64,000 nucleotides of DNA from an uncultured Nautiliales bacterium (GCA_964445785.1 CAYULY010000003.1:4084-68083); one strand, 5' to 3'; counted from the stretch's first letter, positions 49,347-59,888 are shown. Notes: generated by a model not told the origin, from the letters alone. Translations and numbers: made by a program.

Positions 49347-49796
49347 ATGGCAAGAGTAGTAGGATTTAAAAAAATAGAAGCGGTATTTAAAAAAGCTGCA
49401 AGTTTAGAGCTTGACAAATCAAAAGCCGATAGAATCGTAGATATTGTTGAGAAAAAATTTCACGATTTATTATTAATTGCAGTTGAAAAAGCCGGATATA
49501 ACGGAAGAGATATTATTATGTCGGCTGATATGCCTTTAACTAAAGGATTTGAAGGGAGTATTAGAGAGTTTAAAAAACTTGAAGAGGAAGTTGATATTAA
49601 AGACGTATTACTGTTTTTAGAACAAATTCCACCTCTAAAATATCCTATTTCAAAAGAGCTTGAAGAGCTTTTACCGGAATATATCGGTGCTTTAATGTTA
49701 ATCGTTGCAAGAGTCCTAAAACAAATTGGAGCTCAAAGAAAACCTAGCGTTGAAGATATCGAAAAAGCTAGCAGAATTTTAGACCTAACTTTATAA
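49347..49796 (+). CDS. DUF1931 histone-fold doublet protein (Aquifex Aq_328-like)
   Basis: G..K.E..F.KAASL.LDK, K.HDLL..A...A..NGRDII...D.P.TKG, PPL, P..ED.E.A..I.DL; 149 aa. Confidence 0.88.
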   Translation: MARVVGFKKIEAVFKKAASLELDKSKADRIVDIVEKKFHDLLLIAVEKAGYNGRDIIMSADMPLTKGFEGSIREFKKLEEEVDIKDVLLFLEQIPPLKYPISKELEELLPEYIGALMLIVARVLKQIGAQRKPSVEDIEKASRILDLTL

Positions 49797-49810
49797 TTAG
49801 GTCTTTTTTT
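49781..49810 (+). terminator. intrinsic terminator of the DUF1931 gene
   Basis: AGACCTAA-(8 nt loop containing the stop)-TTAGGTCT followed by a T run. Confidence 0.7.
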
Positions 49811-49887
49811 CTTCTGTTCTCTTCTAAAGAGTCTGGCTCGTTTCTTTTTCTCTTTCTATTGTATAATTGCATAAAAAAAGGGTTAAT

Positions 49888-51003
49888 ATGGAAATTAAAA
49901 CACCAGCTTATGTAATTGAAGAAGAACTGCTTGAGAAGAATCTAAAAGTTCTTGATAGAGTACAAAAAGAAGCGGGTTGTAAAATTTTAGTGGCTCTTAA
50001 AGGTTATGCGACTTGGACTACTTTTGATTTGCTTGAAAAATATCTTGCCGGGGCTACTGCAAGCGGGCTTTGGGAAGCAAAGCTTGCTCAAATGAAGCCT
50101 TGGGAAGTGCATACATACTGTCCGGCTTTTAAAGATGATGAAATTAATGAGGTTGCAGATATTTCACACACTATTGTATTTAACAGTTTTAATCAGCTTA
50201 AGAGGTTTGAAGAAAGAGCAAAAGATAAATCATTAATCGGACTTAGGGTAAATCCCGGGGTTTCATCGGCTCCCGTTGCACTTTATGACCCGTGTGCTCC
50301 ATATTCAAGACTGGGAATTACAAAAGAAAATTTCCGTGCAGATAAACTAAAAAACGTCTCAGGTCTTCATTTTCACGCACTTTGTGAACAGCTTGATGAC
50401 GCTTTAGAAAGAGTATTGGAAGGATTTGAGAAGAATTTCGGTGAATATCTTAAAGACATGGAGTGGGTAAATTTCGGTGGAGGTCATCATATAACAAGAC
50501 CCGGTTATAATGTAGAAAACTTAATCAAAATTATAAAAGAGTTTAGAAACAGATATCCAAATATAAAAGACGTTTACCTCGAACCGGGTGAGGCTGTCGG
50601 GCTAAATGCCGGGTATTTGGTGGCTGAAGTTTTAGATATTATCGATAACGGAATGAAAATAGCAATCCTTGATACAAGTGCGGAAGCTCATATGCCAGAT
50701 GTCCTTGCTATGCCGTATCGCCCGAATGTTAGAGGTGCTGGAAAGCCGGATGAAAAACCTTATACTTATAGACTTGGAGGAGTTACTTGCTTAGCAGGTG
50801 ATGTGATAGGGGATTATAGTTTTGATGAACCTTTAAAAATTGGAGATAAGATAATTTTTGAAGATATGGCGATTTATACAATGGTAAAAAACACGGCATT
50901 TAACGGAATTAAACTTCCAAGTATTGTTATTAAAAGAAAAGACGGCTCACTTTGGAAAGCAAGAGAGTTTCATTTTGAAGATTTTAAAAATAGATTAAGC
51001 TGA
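49888..51003 (+). CDS. nspC: carboxy(nor)spermidine decarboxylase
   Basis: TPAYV, ALKG (PLP Lys), GLRVNP, YDPCAPYSRLG, HFHALCE, FGGGH, EPGE, HMPD, CLAGD, YTMVK. Confidence 0.95.
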   Translation: MEIKTPAYVIEEELLEKNLKVLDRVQKEAGCKILVALKGYATWTTFDLLEKYLAGATASGLWEAKLAQMKPWEVHTYCPAFKDDEINEVADISHTIVFNSFNQLKRFEERAKDKSLIGLRVNPGVSSAPVALYDPCAPYSRLGITKENFRADKLKNVSGLHFHALCEQLDDALERVLEGFEKNFGEYLKDMEWVNFGGGHHITRPGYNVENLIKIIKEFRNRYPNIKDVYLEPGEAVGLNAGYLVAEVLDIIDNGMKIAILDTSAEAHMPDVLAMPYRPNVRGAGKPDEKPYTYRLGGVTCLAGDVIGDYSFDEPLKIGDKIIFEDMAIYTMVKNTAFNGIKLPSIVIKRKDGSLWKAREFHFEDFKNRLS

Positions 51004-51015
51004 TAACTTTTATAT

Positions 51016-51052
51016 TTTTAAACAAACGCACTTTTATAGCGTTTGTTTAAAA
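51016..51052. terminator. 14-bp perfect hairpin after nspC
   Basis: TTTTAAACAAACGC-(9 nt)-GCGTTTGTTTAAAA. Confidence 0.7.
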
Positions 51053-51173
51053 CTCTTTAAATTTGCAGGACTTTTAAAACTTTAAGCAAACTTTAATAAA
51101 TTTAATATTTTTAATCGTTTTTTAACCCTAATTATATATATTGCTGAAGGATTTTAACTTTTAAGGAGTGGAA

Positions 51174-52547
51174 ATGAGAAAATTCACTTTAGCGGTCGGA
51201 TTAAGTGTTGTTTTAATGGCAGGAAATTTAAATCTCAAAATTGACAATTCAAGCATTCACAGAGTACCGCCTACAACAATAAACGGAGTTATCTCCTATT
51301 CAAGTATTGTTCAAAAAGTGGTACCAAGCGTTGTAAACATATCAACGGAAAAGATAATAAAAACCAAAATTCCGGAAACATTTAAAAGATTTTTTAACGA
51401 TCCTTTTTTTCAAAAATTTTTCGGACCGTTTAGTGATATTCCAAAAGAACAAAAAGAGTATGCCTTAGGCAGTGGAGTAATTATCACAAAAAACGGCTAT
51501 ATAGTCACAAACTACCACGTTATAAACGGTGCTACAAAAATTATGGTAAAACTGCACGATGGGAGAAAATACAAAGCAAAACTAATAGGAAGTGACCCTA
51601 AAACGGATATTGCCATTATTAAAATAAAAGCAAAAAACCTAAAACCTATTACAATAGCCGACTCTAGCAAAATTAAAGTGGGAGATATTGTCCTTGCCAT
51701 TGGAAATCCTTTCGGACTAGGAGAGACTGTCACTCAAGGTATTGTAAGTGGACTTAACAGAAATTCAATAGGACTTAACGCGTATGAAAACTTTATTCAA
51801 ACGGACGCTGCTATAAATCCGGGAAACAGCGGAGGGGCTTTGGTTGATTTAAAAGGTAGACTTATTGGAATAAACTCTGCAATTATCAGTAGAAGCGGTG
51901 GAAACAACGGAATTGGGTTTGCAATTCCAAGCAATATGATGAAATTTGTGGTTAATTCTTTAATTAAATATGGAGAGGTAAAAAGAGGCTATTTAGGAGT
52001 GCTTATAAGCAATATTGATTCAAGCAAAGCGAAACTATACGGAATTAACCACGGAGTATTGATAAACAAAGTGGAACCAAACTCCGCAGCAAGCAAAGCA
52101 GGGCTTAAAGTAGGAGATATTATAGTCGCAGTTGACGGAGAAAAAGTAAATAATGCCGGAGAACTTAGAAACAAAATAGCCTTTAAAGGTCCTGAAGCCA
52201 AAGTTAAATTAACGATTTATAGAAACGGCAAATACTTAACCTTAACGGCAAAATTAAAAGCCTTAAAAACCAAAATCCAAAAAATAGATTCAACTATTTT
52301 AGAAGGAGTTACGTTAAAAGAAGATAAAAACAACGTAATTATAGATTCAATAGACCAAAATTCATACGCAGCATTAGCCGGTCTTCAAAAAGGAGACAAA
52401 ATAGTAAGAATAAGAACAATAAAAACCGGCAAATGGGTAAACATAACATCAATTGAAGAGCTTAAAAAACTTCTAAAAGGTTTAGACAAAGGTAACGCGT
52501 TAATAGAAGTTGAGAGAAAAAACCAACTATTTATTATCCAGCTATGA
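51174..52547 (+). CDS. htrA: DegP/DegQ (HtrA) periplasmic serine protease
   Basis: GSGVI, TNYHV, D.A, INPGNSGG; two PDZ domains; ATG at 51174 after AAGGAG. Confidence 0.95.
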   Translation: MRKFTLAVGLSVVLMAGNLNLKIDNSSIHRVPPTTINGVISYSSIVQKVVPSVVNISTEKIIKTKIPETFKRFFNDPFFQKFFGPFSDIPKEQKEYALGSGVIITKNGYIVTNYHVINGATKIMVKLHDGRKYKAKLIGSDPKTDIAIIKIKAKNLKPITIADSSKIKVGDIVLAIGNPFGLGETVTQGIVSGLNRNSIGLNAYENFIQTDAAINPGNSGGALVDLKGRLIGINSAIISRSGGNNGIGFAIPSNMMKFVVNSLIKYGEVKRGYLGVLISNIDSSKAKLYGINHGVLINKVEPNSAASKAGLKVGDIIVAVDGEKVNNAGELRNKIAFKGPEAKVKLTIYRNGKYLTLTAKLKALKTKIQKIDSTILEGVTLKEDKNNVIIDSIDQNSYAALAGLQKGDKIVRIRTIKTGKWVNITSIEELKKLLKGLDKGNALIEVERKNQLFIIQL

Positions 52548-53242
52548 AAATCTTACTAGCACCTAGTGAGAGAAAAACGTTAGGAGGAGATTTTCCTCCC
52601 ATTTCAAAAGAGAGTTTTATTTTCCCGGAAATTTACGATAAAAGACTAAAAACCCTTAAAAAATATGACGAATTTCTTAAAATAACTGCTGACATTAAAA
52701 ATTTCGGAGATGATAAAACTTCAATTTTTAATCGCCCTACCAAAAAAGCTATCTTAAGATACAGTGGGGTTGCTTTTGATTATCTAAAATATGAAGAATT
52801 AGACAAAGACTCTCAACAATGGATTGATGAAAACGTATATATATTTTCAAATCTTTTCGGTGTAATAAGTGCCGGAGATTTTATACCACACTATACCCTC
52901 AAACAAAGAGCCAAACCCGGATTTGATATCTACAAACACCACAAAGAAGTATTTGAACCTATTTTATCCGAAATTAATAAAAATGAACCTTTTATAGATT
53001 TAAGAGCCAAATTTTACGAAAAAATCTATAAACCCAAAAATGCAATTACATTTAAATTTATAAAAAATGGCAAAGTAGTCAGTCATTTCGCCAAAGCATA
53101 CAGAGGAAAACTTACCGCAATAATTGCAAAACACAGACCCGAATCTATTCAAGACGTCCTTAAAATACCGTTTGAAGGTATTAAAATAATTGAAATTCTG
53201 GAAAAAAAAGAAATCAAAGAAATAGTCTGCGAGGTTAATTAA
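52544..53242 (+). CDS. yaaA: YaaA/DUF328 family peroxide-stress protein
   Basis: ILLAPSE.K, AILRYSGVAFDYL, SNLFG, VSHFAKAYRG. Confidence 0.85.
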   Translation: MKILLAPSERKTLGGDFPPISKESFIFPEIYDKRLKTLKKYDEFLKITADIKNFGDDKTSIFNRPTKKAILRYSGVAFDYLKYEELDKDSQQWIDENVYIFSNLFGVISAGDFIPHYTLKQRAKPGFDIYKHHKEVFEPILSEINKNEPFIDLRAKFYEKIYKPKNAITFKFIKNGKVVSHFAKAYRGKLTAIIAKHRPESIQDVLKIPFEGIKIIEILEKKEIKEIVCEVN

Positions 53243-54894
53243 AAAGAAAGATAGAACCCTACTTTAATTCTATTATTAAATTTATCTTTCTGATACTGTA
53301 ACATTAACGCATCATAATTATTATATTTATACGTACATCCAAATAATATTTTATAATAATTATCACCGATTTTTTTGTAAGTATTAAAATAATATTTGAA
53401 ATTTTTGTAATAATATATCAAATTTATTTCAGGTTTTAAATAAACATCATTATATTTATCTAAATTAAATCCTAAAGAAAAGAAATAATTAAGTAGTATG
53501 GACATCTGATAACTTTGTCCTATACCTAGCTCATAATTTAACAATAAAGATTTATATTGATTATTTCTATTTAACCCCATATATACTTTCCAACTTTTCG
53601 GGACAATATAAGGATAATAAATTTTTGAAAGACTTTCTGTCTCAAAAAAATCAAGTTTGTTCAAATATAAATTCTTATCGCCATATATAACACTAACATT
53701 AAATATTTTATATGTTTTTTCGTCCGTTAAATTATTTTGATAATCAAATTTATCAATATTAAATGGTCTAATATTAAATTCTAAATATTGTTTTGACGCA
53801 AAAAACTTTAATTCCATTGGTTGAACTTTTTTTAAAGGATTTATTATTTTGTTAGTATCGATTTTCAATTCTTTGTAATGTAAATTTTTAACTTCGTCAT
53901 AATCACCAAAAACAAAATGATAACGTCTAAAACTATATTCATAATATTTATTCAATGTATATTTAACAATATTTGGAAGAGTTTCTAAATCTCCCTTATA
54001 TTTTCCCATTATTTTTTGTTTAAATATTTTTCTTTCCATAGGAGACATTTTATTAACCAACAAAATTATTTGCTTATTTAAAGGAATCAATTTTTTTATT
54101 TTAATAATATGTTTTTTTGATAATTTAACACTATCTATAGGTAATATTAAACTTTTTAATTGCGGAATGTTTTTATCTTCGATTCTCAACAAATCTAATA
54201 CCGCTGATGCACAATTATAATTAATAAAATAATATTTAGCTTTAAATTTTTGCAATTCATATATATGTAATAAAAGGTTGTTAATATCTTTTTCTGAAAA
54301 ATCAAGATAATATACAAACATTGTTCTTTGCTGCAAAACATTATATAAATATACTTTCTTAAATAATTTTTCTCTAATATAAAAAGCGTCAAAATTCCCA
54401 ACTAATCCATCATAAGAATATTTAAAAAACCCCTCTTTTTTTGTTTTTGCTGCAAAATGTATTACATCGGAATTTAAAAAAGATTTTCTATTTATAAAAA
54501 TCAACATTGTATGTCCGAAAGATGACTGCGGCGAACTTGAATATTCAGAGGAAAATACAATACCAAGTTTATATTCATCTTTAAAAGAATCTAAAAAATT
54601 CTGCAGCTGTTTACAATGTTTTAAATCAAATTTCGGTAATTTGTAATATTTACTTAAAAATTTGTATCTATACGGAAAATTACATATAAAATTTTTATTT
54701 AATTTTTTTATTTGTTTTAAGTCTTCCCTCAATTCATTTTCTGCTGTTACATTAGGATAGGACAAATAAAAATAAAAATTTTCATCTCCAAAGTTTTTTA
54801 AATTTAAATGAAGTATGTTTTTCCACTCATCTGTGAAAGAATGTGCATTCAAAAGTAACACATATATAAAAAATAAAATAATTTTTCTTGACAA
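53239..54894 (-). CDS. DUF4105 (Lnb-like N-terminal domain) protein with probable C-terminal beta-barrel
   Basis: C.FP.R, SPQSSFGHT, GLVG.F, YN..QQR, YYF...NCA (His/Cys pair); C-terminal aromatic beta strands ending in F. Confidence 0.8.
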   Translation of the reverse strand: MSRKIILFFIYVLLLNAHSFTDEWKNILHLNLKNFGDENFYFYLSYPNVTAENELREDLKQIKKLNKNFICNFPYRYKFLSKYYKLPKFDLKHCKQLQNFLDSFKDEYKLGIVFSSEYSSSPQSSFGHTMLIFINRKSFLNSDVIHFAAKTKKEGFFKYSYDGLVGNFDAFYIREKLFKKVYLYNVLQQRTMFVYYLDFSEKDINNLLLHIYELQKFKAKYYFINYNCASAVLDLLRIEDKNIPQLKSLILPIDSVKLSKKHIIKIKKLIPLNKQIILLVNKMSPMERKIFKQKIMGKYKGDLETLPNIVKYTLNKYYEYSFRRYHFVFGDYDEVKNLHYKELKIDTNKIINPLKKVQPMELKFFASKQYLEFNIRPFNIDKFDYQNNLTDEKTYKIFNVSVIYGDKNLYLNKLDFFETESLSKIYYPYIVPKSWKVYMGLNRNNQYKSLLLNYELGIGQSYQMSILLNYFFSLGFNLDKYNDVYLKPEINLIYYYKNFKYYFNTYKKIGDNYYKILFGCTYKYNNYDALMLQYQKDKFNNRIKVGFYLSF

Positions 54895-54942
54895 TTTATT
54901 CCTTTTTTAAATAGAACTATATCTCAAACAAAAGGAGACAAG

Positions 54943-55323
54943 ATGAAAAAGGTTTTATTAGGCCTATTATTCGCAATGAGTTCATTATTTGCATCTGCAA
55001 CATTATTCCACGGAACAACTCAAACTATTACGGTTGACTCAGACCCTTCAGGTGCGAGAGTATATGTTGACGGTAGATTAATGGGTTCAACACCAGTTGT
55101 ATTAAACCTAAAGAAAAACAAATACAGCACTATTACAATAAAAAAAGAATGTTATAAACCTGCTACAATTGTATTACAAAAATCATATGACCCTGTAGCA
55201 CTTTTAGACATTTTCTGGGACTTAAGTACAACAGACTTTTTAACAGGTGCAATTAGCGAATATTCACCAAACAATTATTATGTAAAATTACAAAAACTTC
55301 CTAATTGCCAACCTGCTAAATGA
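54943..55323 (+). CDS. PEGA-domain secreted protein
   Basis: AAGGAG RBS; signal peptide; ATLFHGTTQ.I.V.S.PSGA.V.VDG...G.TP, D..TGA...YSP. Confidence 0.85.
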   Translation: MKKVLLGLLFAMSSLFASATLFHGTTQTITVDSDPSGARVYVDGRLMGSTPVVLNLKKNKYSTITIKKECYKPATIVLQKSYDPVALLDIFWDLSTTDFLTGAISEYSPNNYYVKLQKLPNCQPAK

Positions 55324-55557
55324 AGTGAAAATTTCACGTATCCTTATTTAAAAAACAAACAAAGAGATTATATTATCTCTTTTGTTTTGTTGTTTTTTTA
55401 TGACTTAAAAAACAATAATAAGCAAAGAATTGCAGATTTAAAATATTTATTAAAGAATAAATACAACAACCGACTAAATACATTAATCAAGAGCTCAAAT
55501 ACACCTGGAGATTTAATTAGAAATATATTTAAATGTATTTAAAACATCAAAAAAAAT

Positions 55558-55580
55558 AAAGACTTTTTTTAAAAGTCTTT
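55558..55580. terminator. bidirectional-type hairpin at the end of the mre operon
   Basis: AAAGACTTTT-(3 nt)-AAAAGTCTTT overlapping the stop of the 55579 ORF. Confidence 0.5.
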
Positions 55581-56148
55581 ATACATCAAAATCGTCTAAT
55601 CCCTCAAAATCGTCAAATCCATTTCCAAAGCCGTCATCACTGATATCTTCCTCATAACTTTCAAAATAATCACTATCCATTACGTCATCGCTAATTTCAT
55701 TCGAAATTTCATCCATTTGTGAATCCAATTCTTCAAGTTTTTCATCTATTTCATCAAGTTTCGAATCAATTTCGTTTAAATCTTTTTCAAGCATTTCATT
55801 AATCTCATTTGAGCTAAGTCCTAAATTCTCTCCCATTTCAACCGGTGATACATTATGGTTAAAAAGAAGATTATAAAGCCCCATTCCGGCCATTGCTCCC
55901 GCCATTGAGCCTAAAAAACTTCCTCCTAAACTACTTGAAAATGGACTTGATGAACTGTTTGAAGTCGAATTTTGTGTTTGAGGAGTTGACTTTACTTTCA
56001 AATCCTCGCTTGAGAACTTTTTTTCGCTAACTCCTACTTTTTCTTCTATTTTTGCAACTCTTTTATCAATTTCATCAACTTTTTGAACAAGTTTTTCTAA
56101 AACAAGTCCCATTTTTTTTAAAGTATTTTCAATATTTTGATTATCCAT
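55579..56148 (-). CDS. acidic coiled-coil protein with glycine zipper (DUF2076-like)
   Basis: N-terminal coiled coil, Ser-rich linker, GGSFLGSMAGAMAGMGLYNLLF, Asp/Glu-rich tail. Confidence 0.55.
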   Translation of the reverse strand: MDNQNIENTLKKMGLVLEKLVQKVDEIDKRVAKIEEKVGVSEKKFSSEDLKVKSTPQTQNSTSNSSSSPFSSSLGGSFLGSMAGAMAGMGLYNLLFNHNVSPVEMGENLGLSSNEINEMLEKDLNEIDSKLDEIDEKLEELDSQMDEISNEISDDVMDSDYFESYEEDISDDGFGNGFDDFEGLDDFDV

Positions 56149-56894
56149 TATTGCTCCTTTTTCTGTTTTAAAGTCTCAACCACGTAAAAAAACTCTGGGT
56201 TTAAATCGTTATAAAAAAGCTTTACTTTTGCTTCCTGGTAAAGTTTTTTTTGTATAACTTCGGTAATTATACCTACTTTCGCACCTTTATAAAAAACTCC
56301 GTCAAGCCCGCTTGTAATTACTAAATCCCCTATATGCACGGGCTTAAAACGAGGAATATATTTAATCACGTTTATTTTACCGTAAAAAATACCCGGAATT
56401 TGGTTTTTACCTATATAAACTGTATAACTTGTTTTATCGTTGGAATTTAGTAACGCCAAAGAGTAGTTTGAATAATTTTTAACTACAATTCCGGCTGCTA
56501 AATTATTATAAACAAGTCCTCTTGGAGTTTTAAAAGATTTATCATAATTTATATAAATTTGAGTAAAATCGGGTAACTTTGCATAAGATATCGTTTGAGT
56601 AAACACTAAATTCGGAAAAAAGAGTTTTTTAAAAAACTTCAAATCCTTACACGTTGCATATCTTACCGCAAATCTCTGTATCTCATCTTTTAAGAAACGG
56701 TTCTCTTTTAAAAGCTTTTGTATAGTTTCTGTTTGCTCCATATATTCATAATAAGAGTTTTTCAAAGAAGTTAAAGCGGAAGAAAAACTATTTTTTAAAA
56801 AATTTACCCCTTCCAACATCGAACTTCTTATTTGAGGAATTTGAAAAAACAGAATAAAAAGAAAGGAAAAAAGAAGTATTAAACGCTTACTCAT
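56148..56894 (-). CDS. mreC: rod shape-determining protein MreC
   Basis: N-terminal TM, coiled coil, [13 protein letters not shown]; downstream of mreB. Confidence 0.9.
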   Translation of the reverse strand: MSKRLILLFSFLFILFFQIPQIRSSMLEGVNFLKNSFSSALTSLKNSYYEYMEQTETIQKLLKENRFLKDEIQRFAVRYATCKDLKFFKKLFFPNLVFTQTISYAKLPDFTQIYINYDKSFKTPRGLVYNNLAAGIVVKNYSNYSLALLNSNDKTSYTVYIGKNQIPGIFYGKINVIKYIPRFKPVHIGDLVITSGLDGVFYKGAKVGIITEVIQKKLYQEAKVKLFYNDLNPEFFYVVETLKQKKEQ

Positions 56895-57915
56895 CTAATA
56901 TTGCTAAAATTTCTATTTCATCCAGTACTTTACCTGTCCCTTTAGCTACCGCTAAAAGAGGCTCTTCTGCAATATATACCGGGAGATTTACCAAATCGCT
57001 TAAATATTTATCAAGCCCTTTAAGTAACGCTCCTCCACCGGTTAAAACGATTCCATTTTCCACGATATCCCCAGCTAAATCCGCCGGAGTCTCTTCTAAA
57101 ACTTGTTTTAACGCCTCACCTATCTCTTTTACCGGTTCTTTTAACGCTTCTCTTATATCTTCGCTTGTTACCGTAATAGTTTCAAGAAGTCCGGAAATTT
57201 TATTCTTACCCTGAATAGGCATTTTTTCCTCTTTTTCAAGCTTAACGGCACTTCCTATTTGCATTTTAATCTCTTCAGCTACTCTCTCACCGATTACAAG
57301 ATTGTATTTTTTATTAATATAATCAACAATAGATTTATCAAATTTATCCCCGGCAACCCTAATTGACTTACTTACAACAAGTCCTCCTAAAGAGATTACG
57401 CCGATTTCAGTAGTACCGCCACCTATATCAATTACCATACTACCTTGAGGCTCTTTTACCGGAAGTCCGGCTCCAATAGCAGCCGCCATCGGCTCTTCTA
57501 TCAGATATACTTCCCTAGCTCCGGCACTCATTGCAGATTCTTTTACCGCTTTTCTCTCTACTTGAGTAAGTCCAAAAGGCACACAAATTACAATTCTTGG
57601 GCGAATAAGAGTGTTTCTGTTGTGTACTTTTCTGATGAAATATCTAATCATCTCTTCTGTTACGCTAAAATCGGCAATTACTCCGTTTTTCATAGGACGA
57701 ATGGCTACTATGTTTTTAGGAGTCTTTCCGACCATCTCTTTTGCGGCTTTTCCAACCGCCAGAACCTCTTTTTTATGATTTCTATCATCTTTCATAGCCA
57801 CGACACTCGGTTCGTTTATTACAATTCCCTTGCCTTTAACACTTACAAGAGTATTCGCAGTCCCAAGGTCAATTGCCAAATCACTACTAAAAAGTCCCAA
57901 TACTTTATTAAACAT
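56887..57915 (-). CDS. mreB: rod shape-determining protein MreB
   Basis: [32 protein letters not shown]. Confidence 0.98.
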   Translation of the reverse strand: MFNKVLGLFSSDLAIDLGTANTLVSVKGKGIVINEPSVVAMKDDRNHKKEVLAVGKAAKEMVGKTPKNIVAIRPMKNGVIADFSVTEEMIRYFIRKVHNRNTLIRPRIVICVPFGLTQVERKAVKESAMSAGAREVYLIEEPMAAAIGAGLPVKEPQGSMVIDIGGGTTEIGVISLGGLVVSKSIRVAGDKFDKSIVDYINKKYNLVIGERVAEEIKMQIGSAVKLEKEEKMPIQGKNKISGLLETITVTSEDIREALKEPVKEIGEALKQVLEETPADLAGDIVENGIVLTGGGALLKGLDKYLSDLVNLPVYIAEEPLLAVAKGTGKVLDEIEILAILDE

Positions 57916-59128
57916 TGTCGTCCTTTTTAATCAAAATAGGGTCAGCCTTTTTCTCTATTACATCTTTTGTAATAATAACCTTATAACCTTTATATTCCGG
58001 TAAATTAAACATAACATCAACCATCGCTTCTTCAAGAATCGCCCTAAGTCCCCTAGCCCCGGTTCCTCTTTTAATAGCTTTTTCAACAATCGCTTCAAGG
58101 GCGTCTTGTTCGAATTCAAGCTCAACACCGTCTAATGCGAACAACGCCTGATATTGCTTAATTAAAGCGTCTTTCGGTTCTGTTAATACTCTTATTAAAT
58201 CCTCTTTTTTAAGCCCGCTTAAAGTAGCAATAACAGGAAGTCTTCCTATAAGTTCTGGAATAAGTCCGTATTTAACCAAATCATCCGGTTCTACTAAAGA
58301 GAAAATATCGTCTTTAGATAGTTTTTCTTTTGATTTTCCTAAAAATCCAACTGTCGCACCCTCTAGTCTTTTTTGAATAATTTCTTCAAGACCGTCAAAA
58401 GCACCACCACAAATAAATAAAATATTACTTGTATCGATTTGGATATACTCTTGATTCGGATGTTTTCTTCCACCTTGAGGAGGTACGTTTACGACACTTC
58501 CTTCAATAATTTTAAGAAGAGCTTGTTGGACACCTTCTCCACTAACGTCTCTTGTAATAGACCTGTTTTCAGAAAGACGTGAAATTTTGTCTATTTCATC
58601 AATAAAAACTATACCTCTTTGGGCTTTTTCTATATCCCAATCTGCAGCTTGAATAAGTTTTAATAAAACATTCTCAACATCTTCCCCTACATACCCGGCT
58701 TCCGTTAAAGAAGTAGCATCGGCAATAGCTAAAGGCACATCTAACAGTTTGGATAAAGTCCTAGCAATTAATGTTTTACCGCTTCCGGTAGGTCCTATCA
58801 TTAATATGTTTGATTTTTGAATTTCAACATCGGTTTTTGCCCCGAAAAGAATTCTTTTATAATGATTATAAACAGCAACCGAAATAATTTTTTTAGCTCT
58901 TTCCTGCCCTATTACATATTCATCTAGATAAGCTTTAATAGTTTTTGGTGGAATAAGCTTAAAGTTAAACTCTTTTTTCTCTTTTTTCTGTTCTTTTTCT
59001 GCCCCCATAATTATTTCATAGGCTGTTAAAACACAATTTTTACAAATAAAAGCAGCATCGGCCGGTGCTGCTAAAAGTGGATTGTCTTCAGTTTCTATCG
59101 CTCCACAAAAATTACACTTTTCTATCAT
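57908..59128 (-). CDS. clpX: ATP-dependent Clp protease ATP-binding subunit ClpX
   Basis: C4 zinc finger, [38 protein letters not shown]. Confidence 0.98.
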   Translation of the reverse strand: MIEKCNFCGAIETEDNPLLAAPADAAFICKNCVLTAYEIIMGAEKEQKKEKKEFNFKLIPPKTIKAYLDEYVIGQERAKKIISVAVYNHYKRILFGAKTDVEIQKSNILMIGPTGSGKTLIARTLSKLLDVPLAIADATSLTEAGYVGEDVENVLLKLIQAADWDIEKAQRGIVFIDEIDKISRLSENRSITRDVSGEGVQQALLKIIEGSVVNVPPQGGRKHPNQEYIQIDTSNILFICGGAFDGLEEIIQKRLEGATVGFLGKSKEKLSKDDIFSLVEPDDLVKYGLIPELIGRLPVIATLSGLKKEDLIRVLTEPKDALIKQYQALFALDGVELEFEQDALEAIVEKAIKRGTGARGLRAILEEAMVDVMFNLPEYKGYKVIITKDVIEKKADPILIKKDDNV

Positions 59129-59888
59129 ATGGAATTCCCCTTTTTGAATTTAATACAAACTCACATAAATGTTTTACGTATTTATTATTGGTTGAGTTTA
59201 AAATTTCCTTTGCTATCTCTTTTAGAGGTTTACCTCTTTGGAAAAGCTCTTTATAAGCACTTTTTATAGCATCTATATCGCTTCTATTTTCAAATCTTCT
59301 TCTAAGCCCTGTAAAATTAAGCCCTCTGAGTTTGGCTCTATTTCCTTCAGCTATTGTATAAGGAGGTATATCTTGAGCTACTGCACTAGCTCCTCCTATC
59401 ATAGCATGAGCCCCTATTTTTACAAACTGATGAACCGGAGTCATACCTCCTATTACTACATAATCTTCAAGTTCCACATGCCCCGCAAGAGTTACTGCAT
59501 TTGCTAAAATACAGTTATTACTGATAATTACATCGTGAGCTACGTGGACATATCCCATTAAAAGATTATTATCTCCTATTTTCGTAACACCACCACCACC
59601 TACGGTACCGGTATTTATAAAAGTAAATTCACGAATTTTATTGTTGTTGCCTATAACAAGTTTCGTATCTTCTCCGTTATACTTTAAATCCTGCGGCTCA
59701 CTACCAATCATCGCATGGGAATAGATGTGATTATTGTCCCCTATTGTAGTATGACCGGTAATTAAAGTGTAAGGTTCTATTATGTTATTGTCTCCTATTA
59801 CTACATTTTCATCAATAATAACACCCTCGCCTATTTTGCAGTTTTTACCTATCTTACCTTTTATAATCGCTTTCATTTTAGTTTCCAT
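59112..59888 (-). CDS. lpxA: UDP-N-acetylglucosamine O-acyltransferase
   Basis: Hexapeptide repeats, PQDLKY, HVAHD, LAGHV, VHQF. Confidence 0.96.
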   Translation of the reverse strand: METKMKAIIKGKIGKNCKIGEGVIIDENVVIGDNNIIEPYTLITGHTTIGDNNHIYSHAMIGSEPQDLKYNGEDTKLVIGNNNKIREFTFINTGTVGGGGVTKIGDNNLLMGYVHVAHDVIISNNCILANAVTLAGHVELEDYVVIGGMTPVHQFVKIGAHAMIGGASAVAQDIPPYTIAEGNRAKLRGLNFTGLRRRFENRSDIDAIKSAYKELFQRGKPLKEIAKEILNSTNNKYVKHLCEFVLNSKRGIPYDRKV

